Positions 1 to 11,039 of a stretch of 64,000 nucleotides of DNA are shown one piece after another. Positions within the stretch are counted from its first letter, which is position 1. Each line of letters begins with the position of its first letter. The DNA is taken from the IMG/VR virus record IMGVR_UViG_3300032093_000042, positions 40,909-104,908 of that record, one strand, 5' to 3'. The position numbers and the translations under genes are program-made. Origin of the DNA: a virus. Under the pieces are notes generated by a model, which saw nothing but the letters and a program-made list of their open reading frames with translations, had not been told where the DNA came from and searched no databases.

Positions 1-354
1 GGTAATGAAGGTTATTTTGCAACAAACAAAGATACGATTTCACAAGTTGCTGATAATTTACAAAATATGTTATTAACTATACCAGGAGAACGTAGATTTA
101 ATAACAGTTTTGGTTCTGGACTTTATAATTTACTTTTTCAATCAATTGATAACGACGTTTCTAATGATATCATTTTGGATGTAATTCAACGAGATATTGA
201 TAAGTATTTAAAGGGTATAGCTATATTGAAAGTAGAATTATCTCAACAACAAGTGGAAAATAATGATAAAAATTCAATATTTATAAGTATTACGTTTAGA
301 TATAACAATACTATAGGCACAACACAACTAAATTTGGAAGGTAATAGAATATAA
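1..354 (+). CDS. gp25: Baseplate wedge subunit, gp25/GPW-like (5' truncated by window)
   Basis: Frame is open from base 1 (GNEGYF..QVADNLQNMLLTIPGER..FGS.LYNLLF); typical gp25 'LLT.PGER....FG' motif; directly upstream of a gp6-like gene. Confidence 0.85.
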   Translation, partial: GNEGYFATNKDTISQVADNLQNMLLTIPGERRFNNSFGSGLYNLLFQSIDNDVSNDIILDVIQRDIDKYLKGIAILKVELSQQQVENNDKNSIFISITFRYNNTIGTTQLNLEGNRI

Positions 355-2333
355 TGTCAAAATTAATAAATAAAACATTTGATGCTAATACAAAAGATAT
401 AAACTATCTTAATAGAGATTTTGCGTCACTTCGTCAACAGTTAATTGACTTTACAAAACAATATTACCCACAAAGTTATAAAGATTTTAGTGAAAGTTCA
501 CCTGGTCAAATTTTTATAGAACAAGCTGCATATGTCGGAGATGTATTATCTTACTATACAGATCAACAATTCTTTGAAAGTTTTATACAATTCGCACAAG
601 ATCGTAGAAACATCATTAATGGTGCTAAAATGTTGGGTTATAAACCTAAAGTATCCTCTGCGTCGTCTACGGGTGTTGATTTATTTCAACTATTGCCTGC
701 TAAACGAACTGAGAACAACGAATATATTCCTGACGAACGTTATTGTTTAATATTAAAACCATTTACACGATTAACAAGTGTATCGGGTATAGATTTTATT
801 GTTGAAGAAAGTGTAGATTTTAGTCAAGATACAAAATTTTCGCCGCGGGAAATTACTGTATACAATCGTGATAATACAGGAGCGCCTCAGTTTTATTTAA
901 TTAAAAAAACAACCAAAGCATATTCTGGAACGTTAATTGTTAAACAAATTTCCGTTGGCGAACAAACTCCATTTTTTAGTATAAAATTAAACGAAACTAA
1001 TGTTCTTAAAATTGTGAGTGTAACCGACAGTAATAATAATTCTTATTATGAAGTGGAGTATTTAGCTCAAGATACAATTCCTATAGAAATAGATAATGTT
1101 CCTCTTAATAATCAAACACTATCTTCATATAGAAATGAAACGCCGAAAATATTAAAATATTTAAGAACTGAAAAACGTTTTGTTACAACAATCGACGAAA
1201 ATAACCAAACAACAATACAATTCGGTGCTAATACTGAAAATTATGATAACACTATCATAGTACCAAATCCAACTAACATCGGCGTTTCATTATCAAATCT
1301 TAAAAATTTGAATATATCTCTTGACAATACAAATGTATTAAAGGCTAACAGTTATGGTACCTCACCGTCAAATACTACTCTTACTATTAGTTATATTGTT
1401 GGTGGAGGTGTAAATTCAAATGTAAATTCGGGTGAGATAAATAAGATTGTCGCCGTATCATATTTAAATGATGTAACATCTTTAACTGACAGCGAAGTTA
1501 TATTGTTAAATAATATACAAAATTCTTTGAGAGTTAATAACCCAGATTCTTCTTCGGGTGGAGACGATGCTGAAAGTGATGAAGAAATAAGACAAAATTC
1601 TATATTAAACTTTTCTGCACAGAATAGAATGGTTACTGACGACGATTTTATTTTAAGAGTATATGCTTTACCTCCACAATTAGGAAACATAGCAAAAGCT
1701 TATATTGAAAGCAATTTAACAAGAGAAGTTCAATACAACGGATTAATAAACGGAGTAGTAAATACATCAAATAATTCTACATTGGATTTGACACCTTTAA
1801 ATCCGTTAGATAGACGTAAATTTTTACAATCAAATAATCCATTTACAAACAATTTATATATTCTGGGTTACGATGTAAATAAAAATTTAACACAAATTAA
1901 CCCAGCGACATTACAAAATTTGGTTACTTATTTACAAAACTACAAAATACTTACAGATAGAATAAATATAGTAGATGGATATATCATAAATATAGGCGTT
2001 GAATTCAAAATATCTGTATTTAAAGGTTTCAATAAATCAGAAGTGTTAAACGCATGTATACAATCTGTTAAAAACTTTTTTGATATAGACAAATGGAGTT
2101 TTAACCAACCTATAAATTTAAGTCAGATTAATTTTGAAATAATGCAAAACGAAGGTGTACAGTCTGTTGTAGATATAACAGTTAAAAATTTAACTATTGA
2201 TGACGGTAATTATTCTCCCGTCGCATACAATATTACCATCGCTACACAAAACAACATAATTTATCCATCAAAAGATCCATCTATATTTGAAATAAAATAT
2301 CCCGATAGTGATATAAAAGCACTCGTAGTTTAA
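354..2333 (+). CDS. gp6: Baseplate wedge protein, T4 gp6 / baseplate J-like
   Basis: N-terminal YLNRDF..LR..L, YVGDVLSYY.D, LGYKP; IQFG; GG.D.ES.EEIR..AQNRMVT.DD motifs of gp6/baseplate J proteins. Confidence 0.88.
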   Translation: MSKLINKTFDANTKDINYLNRDFASLRQQLIDFTKQYYPQSYKDFSESSPGQIFIEQAAYVGDVLSYYTDQQFFESFIQFAQDRRNIINGAKMLGYKPKVSSASSTGVDLFQLLPAKRTENNEYIPDERYCLILKPFTRLTSVSGIDFIVEESVDFSQDTKFSPREITVYNRDNTGAPQFYLIKKTTKAYSGTLIVKQISVGEQTPFFSIKLNETNVLKIVSVTDSNNNSYYEVEYLAQDTIPIEIDNVPLNNQTLSSYRNETPKILKYLRTEKRFVTTIDENNQTTIQFGANTENYDNTIIVPNPTNIGVSLSNLKNLNISLDNTNVLKANSYGTSPSNTTLTISYIVGGGVNSNVNSGEINKIVAVSYLNDVTSLTDSEVILLNNIQNSLRVNNPDSSSGGDDAESDEEIRQNSILNFSAQNRMVTDDDFILRVYALPPQLGNIAKAYIESNLTREVQYNGLINGVVNTSNNSTLDLTPLNPLDRRKFLQSNNPFTNNLYILGYDVNKNLTQINPATLQNLVTYLQNYKILTDRINIVDGYIINIGVEFKISVFKGFNKSEVLNACIQSVKNFFDIDKWSFNQPINLSQINFEIMQNEGVQSVVDITVKNLTIDDGNYSPVAYNITIATQNNIIYPSKDPSIFEIKYPDSDIKALVV

Positions 2334-2334
2334 T

Positions 2335-4227
2335 ATGCATACATTTATTTACTCATCTCAAGACACTTATATAAATAATTCCGAAAAATTTATTAATAAA
2401 AATTTTGGATTGGATGAAGTGTTAGAAATATATGCTTCTAATAAAGGCACAACTACTGTATATACGGATCCAAATTGGCATCCGGCGCCTATCACAGCTT
2501 CATCGTATGGTAATGAGGGTTGGTTAGCATATACTACATCTTCTTTTTGTATATATTCAGGAAGCAAATGGTACGCATTTAGTTTAAATTCATCAATAAT
2601 ACCATTTACATCGTTTATATCTAACTTTAACGGCAGACTTTCAAATGTAACAACCAATCCTAAAAAGGAATTGTACATTACGGGATCGTCGAATTTTGCA
2701 TCGGGTTCTTTTAGCGGCAGTATTTATATAACTAGTTACTCACATTTTACAGGTTCTTGGTCAACCGGTAGTTTTTCGGGTTCAATTTTACAAGGGGCTA
2801 CATTTTCTAATCTAAGATTAGGATCTACAATCTATACTATAAGTCCACTTACATCGTCGTTAAGTGGTACCGGTAGTTACAAAAATTTAAAAGGAGAAAT
2901 ACTCGGTAAATCAAATACAGGTATCCCATGTACTCCTGGATTTTATCAACCAGTAACTAATTTTACATCAGGATCTTTTACCGGTTCTTTTAGTGGATCT
3001 AATTTTAAAGGACTCGTACAAACACTTACATCAAGTAATTTGTATTATGTGGATGTTGTAAATTTTAAAGGTTATTTCAAAGGAATGTATAGTGGTTCTT
3101 TTACAAGACCATCCACAGCTACATATTTGAATTATCCAGAATTTTCCAGAACTCTTATTAAGTTTGACATTAACGATTTAAGTCAATCCATATCTAATAA
3201 CAAAATTAGCGGTTCAAACATTAAATTTACTTTAAACTTAAAATCATGTGGATCTAGAAATTTACCGTTAAATTATAAAATTTATGCTTATCCCGTAAGT
3301 CAGAGTTGGGATAACGGTAACGGTAGATATGCAGACGAGGGATCCCAATTGGGTGTTAGTTGGAATTATAAAAATTACGACGGCAACGGTTTGTGGTATG
3401 GATCCGAATCTACTAACGCTTATCAACAAGTTGATTATTTATTGTCTGCGTCATATTCTAGTGCTAGCTTTGAAAATCAAGGAGGTACTTGGTTTTATAA
3501 AGTACCACCTTCTTATACAAACAAACCTAAATGGATATGTTCTTCAAATACGTATCCGTCATTGGTAAATCAAAGTTTGATTTGTAGTCAATCTTTTAAT
3601 TATGGTCAACAAAGTGACATATCCATGGATATTACACGAATCGTTAGATCGTGGTTGTGTGGTTGTGTACCAAATCAAGGTTTAATATTGATAAGTTCAT
3701 TGGAATTATCTACACCACCTTTACAACAAACCAATGGGTTATTACAATTTTTTAGTAGAGATACAAATACTATTTATTCTCCTTATATTGATGTAGCTTG
3801 GGATAATAGTGTTTATAATACGGGCAGTTTATCGCCTGTTACTGGATCTGTTCAAAATGTAATTACATTGAATTATTTAAAAGATACATATAAGGCGGGT
3901 AGTTTACCAAGAATATTTGTATTTGCTAGAGACAGATATCCATTGAAGAACTTTCAAAAATCATATCAACAAGTATCAATGGTAACTCCTAAATATTTGC
4001 CCACAAGTTCTTACTATATGGTAAAAGATGCTGAATCCGAGGAGGTTTTAATTGGATTTGATGAATATACAAAATTAAGTTGTGATCCAAATCAAGGTAA
4101 TTATTTTGATTTACAAACCACAGGATTGCCTCAAGAACGTTATTTGAAAATATTTATTAAGACAGAATATACGGACGGTATAGTAGACATTACGGACACA
4201 CAAAAGGTATTTAAAATAATAAGATAA
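2335..4227 (+). CDS. Virion structural protein with DNRLRE-like beta-sandwich domain and Ser/Gly-rich insertion
   Basis: DTYI..NFG, SRTLIKFD, W..GNG, DIT.IV.SW, NQGLIL pattern; within baseplate cluster; many SGS/TGS motifs. Confidence 0.55.
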   Translation: MHTFIYSSQDTYINNSEKFINKNFGLDEVLEIYASNKGTTTVYTDPNWHPAPITASSYGNEGWLAYTTSSFCIYSGSKWYAFSLNSSIIPFTSFISNFNGRLSNVTTNPKKELYITGSSNFASGSFSGSIYITSYSHFTGSWSTGSFSGSILQGATFSNLRLGSTIYTISPLTSSLSGTGSYKNLKGEILGKSNTGIPCTPGFYQPVTNFTSGSFTGSFSGSNFKGLVQTLTSSNLYYVDVVNFKGYFKGMYSGSFTRPSTATYLNYPEFSRTLIKFDINDLSQSISNNKISGSNIKFTLNLKSCGSRNLPLNYKIYAYPVSQSWDNGNGRYADEGSQLGVSWNYKNYDGNGLWYGSESTNAYQQVDYLLSASYSSASFENQGGTWFYKVPPSYTNKPKWICSSNTYPSLVNQSLICSQSFNYGQQSDISMDITRIVRSWLCGCVPNQGLILISSLELSTPPLQQTNGLLQFFSRDTNTIYSPYIDVAWDNSVYNTGSLSPVTGSVQNVITLNYLKDTYKAGSLPRIFVFARDRYPLKNFQKSYQQVSMVTPKYLPTSSYYMVKDAESEEVLIGFDEYTKLSCDPNQGNYFDLQTTGLPQERYLKIFIKTEYTDGIVDITDTQKVFKIIR

Positions 4228-4228
4228 T

Positions 4229-4705
4229 ATGGCAAACATTCCATTAAATTACGATGTTGCTACCGACGAAGTTTCACAATTTAAAGAATTTGGAACATTT
4301 AATAATAATGTGGATTCGTTTGGAAATATACAATTGGTTTATTTAGTAGCACAATCCGTACAAGCTAATTTAAATTATGTAAAAATTCCACTCAAAAAGT
4401 TTGAGTATAATCAGAATAAAATAATTGACGCAAATACTGTAAGTTTTTCTGAATTAACCACTGTTGTAGGAGAGGAAAAGAGAAATGTAGATGAAATATT
4501 ACAACAATATAATGTACTTTTAGAAGAAAACAGATTGTTAAATCAAACAGTCAATGAACTTGTTGAAAAATATGAAAATAGCGATGATAAATCGGTTATA
4601 AATGCTTTAAAAAATACAATAATAGATTTAAGAATAAAATTAGGTCAGGGAAATGTGCCTTCGGATTTTAGTGACGATTTTCCATTTTTACCTTTAATTT
4701 CATAA
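4229..4705 (+). CDS. Hypothetical coiled-coil baseplate-associated protein
   Basis: 158 aa ORF tightly packed in the operon, with a heptad-like central helix. Confidence 0.6.
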   Translation: MANIPLNYDVATDEVSQFKEFGTFNNNVDSFGNIQLVYLVAQSVQANLNYVKIPLKKFEYNQNKIIDANTVSFSELTTVVGEEKRNVDEILQQYNVLLEENRLLNQTVNELVEKYENSDDKSVINALKNTIIDLRIKLGQGNVPSDFSDDFPFLPLIS

Positions 4706-4706
4706 T

Positions 4707-7700
4707 ATGCCTTACGATTATTTAACAATAAACACCAATGATCTTTCGTATGGAATAGTAAGTGCATCTTACTTGCCAGAAAATTTGCAATCTTTATATG
4801 AACAAAAATTAGTAAATGATTCTGCTTTTTTTGGCGATTCAGGCGACGACATCATAGAATTTACAGTTTACAATAACAATCAAGAACCACTTCTATTTAA
4901 TAGAATTGTTCCTAAAGTTACTTATAGTGTTATAAATTCAACATATAAAGACATAAACAATGTTGAACAATCTTATCAAGTTGCAAATCCATTTACAAAT
5001 TATGCTTTAAATAATAACGACCTGTTATTACATACGCAATTTGATTTAAAAATTAACGAACTTAGTCCCGGATTATATTATGTTTTATATAATCCTATAC
5101 GGAATATAGCTGGAAATTCTACAAATAAACTGTTTATAAAAGAAATCTCTCCTAGCAGAACTGAATTGAGATTGTCTTTTGCGTTTAATAGAAATACAAA
5201 TTTAACTTCTAATTTAGACGCTATTAAAATTTCAGCATTTGCTGAGAAAAAGTTTTTGTTTTTACAAATAATCGATCAAATTGTACCGATAATAGATACG
5301 AACCCAATTTTTAATAATTTTAATATTGAACAAAATAATTTTAATTACTATAAAATTACACAATTACTCGGTTTTAAAACAACGGCGGAATTACAATCTT
5401 TTATTAATGATACGTATGTCGGTTATAATAAAATATTAAATCTATCAAACGAAGACGACGTAGTAATTGAAAGTATAAAATTTACAGGTGTGTCTGAACA
5501 ACTTAAGAATTTTGTTTACACATATAATTTGTCCGAATTTACATTTAATGAAATATTGTCTGCATTTGAACTTATTGTTAGAAAAGTGTGCCAAGACGCA
5601 ATTTTACAAAGAACGACTTTATTAAATACAGATTTACAAGAAACATTAAACGTATTTTTAAAAATTATTTATACAGATTGGTTGTTGCCAAAAACAAGCA
5701 ATCTTTTAGAAAAATACACCAATAAATTTTACGATTATTATAAAAACGCTTTAAATTTTGATAATGGAAATTTAGTTAAAATTTTAACACATACGAGTTA
5801 TTTTAACGAAGTTGACGGCGTTGCAAATATTCAAATAAAATTGGATGAACCTTTGCCGCTTGAATATAGTTTAAAAGATACATGTTGGATTTCAAACATT
5901 TCATTATCTCCGTTATACTTTAAAACAAATTTATATACAGCGCCGATATCTAGAAAAGTATTTTTGAACGGTACAAATTTTACGGTTGGAGTACCAAAAG
6001 TAACTCTTGCAAGTGAAACGTTTACGGAAGTGGACGATAATACCGTATTTTCGGCTGAATCTAAATTAAAAACAAAGGTCAATGATTTATTAATCAATTA
6101 TGACGATTTTTCAAATTTCATTAATTTTTCATCTGCCGAATTAAGAACAAAAATTGCAAAAAATAAGATTTTAAAGTATAATTCATATGTTGATTCAGCC
6201 AACAGTATCAAATCCAACGCAAATAACACTTCAAACTCATCTATATCTGCGTCGTATAATCAAGAATTAAAAACTGTAACTGAACAACAGATATCTTTAT
6301 TAAATAGTTTTGATGACTATGAATCATATTTGTTTTATTATACAGGAAGTATAGACGATAAAATTGATTTGGGTATAGAATTTGATAAAGTTAATTATAA
6401 CAGTTTATTTTATCAACTTCCACAATACATAAAAAATCAACAATCATATGAAGATTATGTTAAGTTTACTGCGATGGTAGGTCATTTTTTTGATAATATA
6501 TTGGTTTTTATTAAAAAATTTCCAAAATCATATCCTCTTGATTACAACGATAATAATCATTATCCAAAAAATTATATTGAAGAACTGTTAAATTCGTTTA
6601 ATTGGGACGTAACAAATTTTAAATTTAATACCAGTGATATAAATCAACTTTTATTTAATAATCAAGAAACAACTGGTAGTTTATCGTCATCATACTTTGA
6701 CTATGCAAAATCTATATTTAATAGAATTGCTAATAATTTAAATTACATTTACAAAACCAAAGGTACAGCCACTTCTTTTAATTTAATACGTACTATATTC
6801 GGTATAAATTCAGATTTAATTAATGTAACGGAATATAGTAGTCCTGATGTATTAGCTAATAAAAATGTATTTTATGATTTTGATGACGTTATATACGCTA
6901 CAAAATACGACACAGATCAATATGTAAAATTTAATTTTACAAGTAGTGAGTATACTTACAATTTTAAACAAGACAGTATTAGTGGCAGTTACACAGGAAG
7001 TTATACAGGCGATAATATTTATATAACCCGTTCTTTTATAGAAAATTTTACAGGAGTTTCCACCGTAGAAATGTCTTTTAGGTCCAATAATTGGAAAAAA
7101 TATAATTTTCAACAAAGAATTCCTTTAATTAAAAAAATAAGAAATAAAAATGTAGATTGGCAAATTTATTTAAGTAAAACTAAACAAAAAGAATCTGCCA
7201 AATTAATATTTGAGTTTACTCCTATTGAATCATTAACTACATCCAGTATATCAAGTATAGAATTACCTTATTTGAATGGCGACTTTTATACGTTTATGTT
7301 AAGAAAAGAACCAAATAGTAATATACGATTTGATTCTCTTCAATCAACATCTTCAAATACACAAGTTATAGGTTTTTATGGAAATTATAATGTTACTCAA
7401 TCAATTAACAATGTATATTATCCAAATTCAAACAAATTTACGCCACAAAATTATACATTGGCGGTAAATCAGTATTATGGTAGTTCTTTAAACTTTACCG
7501 ATAGAAAAACCAAGAGCATTTTATATGGACAAGATCAATATTTTTCATCAGGAAGCTATTATGTAGGAAATTATTCATCATCCATTCAATTTTATGGAAA
7601 TATAGATAAAATAAAAATACAAAAATATGCGTTGAACGATTCCGATTTTAATGAACATTCTTATAACTTAAATTCTATTTCTATACCGGATAAATCTCAG

Positions 7701-9203
7701 ACATATGAAAATTTATATTATTTATGGTCGTTTGATACACCTGTAAATTTGTACGGTACAAGTTATGCAATTGTTAACAATCAAAATACACGTTACAACA
7801 ACTATTTTTACGCTTATAATTTTAACAGAAATACAAAAACTAGAGGATATCCACATTGTGATACAATCTCAACTGATATTTTTCCTTATCAGTTTGAAAA
7901 ATTTAATATTAAACAAGCAATAAATTCAAATAAATACGGCCCTAATTATAAAGCAAATGCTAATATTAATAAAATAACACAAGAAATCAATTCAAATTTA
8001 GTACCATACGAATATTCTACATATACAACCGATATATTAGGTAGCGATTCAAATCTCGTAGGATATTATATCTCTCCATATAACTATTTAAACAATAAAA
8101 TTGAAGACTTTTTGGGCAAAGAAGGTATAAGTGATATTATCGGCGATCCTAAATATTTAACTTCTAGAAGTTATCCAGAATTAAAGAACAGACAACTTGA
8201 ATTTTCACAAACAAATCAAAAGTATGTATATCCACAAGAGTTTTATACAACTTATAAATTTTATATTGATTTTTCAATATTTGACTTTGTTAAAAAAATA
8301 AATCCTACACGCAGTGCGTTAAAAACAGGTCTATTATTAGAACCATCAATTTTCGAACGTGTTAAATTTAATTACAAAGACGTTGTATTTAATACAATTG
8401 ATTCAAACGATACAAGTAGTTTATTATATTACAATATAAATACTAGATTTACGTCGTCATTAATAAACACAAATGATACATCAAGTAATACCACAATTGA
8501 TATTAATCTAAATTATCTTCAAACTGACCACAATACCTTTAATTATTCAACGTTTGAAATAAAAGACATCGTCGATAATCGTGATTTTATTTTTGCTAAC
8601 AAAGGAAAGTATGTTTATGTAGATACAACTGGATTTAACATTAGAAATGTTGTTAATTTGCCCACTGAAGATCATTATCAAATGACCAATAATGTTTCAC
8701 ACTCATATATTACATTCACTTCTAGTTATAATTCAGTACAAACTCTAGGATCTGGTTCTGGTTTACCGTTTAATCAAATCACAGGCAGTCGTTCATTAAA
8801 AAATCTTTATAGTGGATCTTTGGGGAGTGGATATTCAAATAGACATTTGAGTAAGTTTGTAAAAGTTGGTACGAGGGTCAAAAAACAAGCTTTGTCTGGC
8901 TCTTTTTATACAAATAATAACGGCGTAACTACTTTAGTAGCTGGAAAAATAAAATACTATTCTTATACAAAAGGTAAAAATGATTATACTACAACTGTAA
9001 ATCGTAAAGGATTGCCTAACGGAAGTTCTCCTATTATTTCAATACCTGGATTTTTAAGCGTTGATATTGAAAGTGATAATTTTCCAATATATGGAACACT
9101 CACCGGATCGGCAGGATCGCCAAATAGTATATTTATACAGTCGCCGTTAACGTGTTCTACGTGTACGAGCGCTAGTTTGAATAATTACATTATGAATTTA
9201 TAA
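4707..9203 (+). CDS. Large baseplate wedge protein (gp7-like)
   Basis: 1498 aa; EISPSRTELRL, MVGHFFD and YKTKGT motifs (Y.KGT is typical of gp7/P2 gpI-like wedge proteins); baseplate context. Confidence 0.6.
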   Translation: MPYDYLTINTNDLSYGIVSASYLPENLQSLYEQKLVNDSAFFGDSGDDIIEFTVYNNNQEPLLFNRIVPKVTYSVINSTYKDINNVEQSYQVANPFTNYALNNNDLLLHTQFDLKINELSPGLYYVLYNPIRNIAGNSTNKLFIKEISPSRTELRLSFAFNRNTNLTSNLDAIKISAFAEKKFLFLQIIDQIVPIIDTNPIFNNFNIEQNNFNYYKITQLLGFKTTAELQSFINDTYVGYNKILNLSNEDDVVIESIKFTGVSEQLKNFVYTYNLSEFTFNEILSAFELIVRKVCQDAILQRTTLLNTDLQETLNVFLKIIYTDWLLPKTSNLLEKYTNKFYDYYKNALNFDNGNLVKILTHTSYFNEVDGVANIQIKLDEPLPLEYSLKDTCWISNISLSPLYFKTNLYTAPISRKVFLNGTNFTVGVPKVTLASETFTEVDDNTVFSAESKLKTKVNDLLINYDDFSNFINFSSAELRTKIAKNKILKYNSYVDSANSIKSNANNTSNSSISASYNQELKTVTEQQISLLNSFDDYESYLFYYTGSIDDKIDLGIEFDKVNYNSLFYQLPQYIKNQQSYEDYVKFTAMVGHFFDNILVFIKKFPKSYPLDYNDNNHYPKNYIEELLNSFNWDVTNFKFNTSDINQLLFNNQETTGSLSSSYFDYAKSIFNRIANNLNYIYKTKGTATSFNLIRTIFGINSDLINVTEYSSPDVLANKNVFYDFDDVIYATKYDTDQYVKFNFTSSEYTYNFKQDSISGSYTGSYTGDNIYITRSFIENFTGVSTVEMSFRSNNWKKYNFQQRIPLIKKIRNKNVDWQIYLSKTKQKESAKLIFEFTPIESLTTSSISSIELPYLNGDFYTFMLRKEPNSNIRFDSLQSTSSNTQVIGFYGNYNVTQSINNVYYPNSNKFTPQNYTLAVNQYYGSSLNFTDRKTKSILYGQDQYFSSGSYYVGNYSSSIQFYGNIDKIKIQKYALNDSDFNEHSYNLNSISIPDKSQTYENLYYLWSFDTPVNLYGTSYAIVNNQNTRYNNYFYAYNFNRNTKTRGYPHCDTISTDIFPYQFEKFNIKQAINSNKYGPNYKANANINKITQEINSNLVPYEYSTYTTDILGSDSNLVGYYISPYNYLNNKIEDFLGKEGISDIIGDPKYLTSRSYPELKNRQLEFSQTNQKYVYPQEFYTTYKFYIDFSIFDFVKKINPTRSALKTGLLLEPSIFERVKFNYKDVVFNTIDSNDTSSLLYYNINTRFTSSLINTNDTSSNTTIDINLNYLQTDHNTFNYSTFEIKDIVDNRDFIFANKGKYVYVDTTGFNIRNVVNLPTEDHYQMTNNVSHSYITFTSSYNSVQTLGSGSGLPFNQITGSRSLKNLYSGSLGSGYSNRHLSKFVKVGTRVKKQALSGSFYTNNNGVTTLVAGKIKYYSYTKGKNDYTTTVNRKGLPNGSSPIISIPGFLSVDIESDNFPIYGTLTGSAGSPNSIFIQSPLTCSTCTSASLNNYIMNL

Positions 9204-9252
9204 TACATTTTTTTATTAAAAACTCAAAACGATTGATAATTATTAAATATAT

Positions 9253-9891
9253 ATGGCATATCTAAATAACAACGTTCTCACCGTTAACGCTATTTTAACT
9301 AAAAAAGGTCGTGAAGTGTTGGCAAAGACAGGTGGATTAAATATTACCGCTTTTGCTTTGTCTGACGATGAAATTGATTATACACAATTTAATCCAACAC
9401 ATCCACTAGGCAGTGCTTATTATGACATTGCCATTCGTAATACTCCTATAATGGAACCTATTACGGATGAGTCACAAATGTTGAAGTATAAACTAGTGAC
9501 ATTAAATAACGGCGTTACATCCGTTCCTACAATTACTATAGCACCACCAACAATTTCAATACCTCGTACATATACGTCGGCGATAGATGTAATTCCAAGT
9601 ACTACACCTACATATAACGTAAACTTAGGATATACCGCTATTTTAGCAAATAAGAACGTTGGTACTTTAGTTGTAACCGAAACTAACAATTTAAATAGTA
9701 GTACATCTACTATTCCAACATTTAGTGGCGATTTGTCTTCACAATCGTCACAAGTTGTTATAGGAAATAAGTTTCGTTTTATACCAAACAATTCTTTATC
9801 AACAACAACAACAACAAATATTACAATTATTGGAAATGAAAGTGGCGGTAGTGCATCTATAACCGTTACTGTAAGCGTTCCTACAACCTAA
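9253..9891 (+). CDS. Baseplate / fibre-attachment protein
   Basis: AILTKKGRE.LA..ITAFALSDDEIDY N-terminus followed by an Ig-like Thr-rich domain. Confidence 0.6.
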   Translation: MAYLNNNVLTVNAILTKKGREVLAKTGGLNITAFALSDDEIDYTQFNPTHPLGSAYYDIAIRNTPIMEPITDESQMLKYKLVTLNNGVTSVPTITIAPPTISIPRTYTSAIDVIPSTTPTYNVNLGYTAILANKNVGTLVVTETNNLNSSTSTIPTFSGDLSSQSSQVVIGNKFRFIPNNSLSTTTTTNITIIGNESGGSASITVTVSVPTT

Positions 9892-9897
9892 TTTATT

Positions 9898-11007
9898 ATG
9901 ATATTTACTCCATTTTCATCAGACGATATCGTAACAGGCAGAATAAACCAAGTATCCTCGGGTATGTTTGGTACCGGCAGTTTAACGGTGGCACAATCAA
10001 CATTTGTAACAGCATCATCTCAAGCAAACGTATTGACTGGATCAAATCCATATGACGTTAAAAACGGACAGTATTATTTGGATGTATATAGCGGCGCCGA
10101 TCAATATTTTTCTATAGCTTACGGAGATTATTATAACTCAGGAAGCAGTCAATTTGACTGGACCGGCAATACTACTCAAGTCTTGACAAATGAAACAAAA
10201 ATTATATACACACAATACAAAAACACTCTTCTACAACCAGGAGATAATTTATTTAGTTTTGCGTCTAGTAGTATAAATACACCAATTGATAGTTCTGCTA
10301 TCTTTGTAGTAAATTTTACAGCCGATAAATTCCAAGATCAAGTAGATCCTGGTCAAATTCAATTAAACTTTAGTGGTGCAAATGGTCAATATAGTTATAT
10401 TGACGACTCTCAAGTTATAAATAAACAACAAAACGTTTATAACTTAATTTCGGGATCAATTATTAATGGAATTCCGACTCCATATACACATGGAGGTACG
10501 GTAACAGCATATTATCAGGGTACAGGTCTATTTTATCCAACGAACGGCGTTGTTATATTGAATGCCGTTGCTCTAGATAAAATTGTAGGCATTACAGATG
10601 CATCTCCACAAATTACAGCAACTGGGCGTCCTAGTAATCAAACGTCAACACAATTTAAGAGTTATTGGAGAGATTGGATACGTAAGTTTTTCTTAAGTTT
10701 ACGTAGATCAAATAAGAATATGGCAGTACGTAAAAGTGAATTTGTACCATCAACGAACTATTTTATAAGAGTTAAAAATAAAGAGTTTAACTACAGCAAC
10801 AATCCTACATTTGTTTCTAACGGAAATGATGGTAAAACTCAAGGTACTATAATTTATCCCGAATTAATAAGTAATCCACGTACCTATGTTACTACAATCG
10901 GATTGTACGATTCTAACAATGAATTATTAGCAGTTGGTAAATTAAGTAAGCCAACGCAAAAATCATTTGATAATGAATTGTTAATCAAGTGTCGTATAGA
11001 TTTTTAA
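9898..11007 (+). CDS. Baseplate structural protein
   Basis: EFNYSNNPTF and C-terminal TYVTTIGLYD..NELLAVGKLSKP motif, shared with 11796..14450. Confidence 0.6.
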   Translation: MIFTPFSSDDIVTGRINQVSSGMFGTGSLTVAQSTFVTASSQANVLTGSNPYDVKNGQYYLDVYSGADQYFSIAYGDYYNSGSSQFDWTGNTTQVLTNETKIIYTQYKNTLLQPGDNLFSFASSSINTPIDSSAIFVVNFTADKFQDQVDPGQIQLNFSGANGQYSYIDDSQVINKQQNVYNLISGSIINGIPTPYTHGGTVTAYYQGTGLFYPTNGVVILNAVALDKIVGITDASPQITATGRPSNQTSTQFKSYWRDWIRKFFLSLRRSNKNMAVRKSEFVPSTNYFIRVKNKEFNYSNNPTFVSNGNDGKTQGTIIYPELISNPRTYVTTIGLYDSNNELLAVGKLSKPTQKSFDNELLIKCRIDF

Positions 11008-11026
11008 TATAATTTTTAATTTTTCC

Positions 11027-11034
11027 TATTTATA
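11027..11034 (+). promoter_or_regulatory. Putative late promoter box TATTTATA
   Basis: Recurrent motif, 5 nt upstream of ATG 11040. Confidence 0.55.
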
Positions 11035-11039
11035 TTAGG

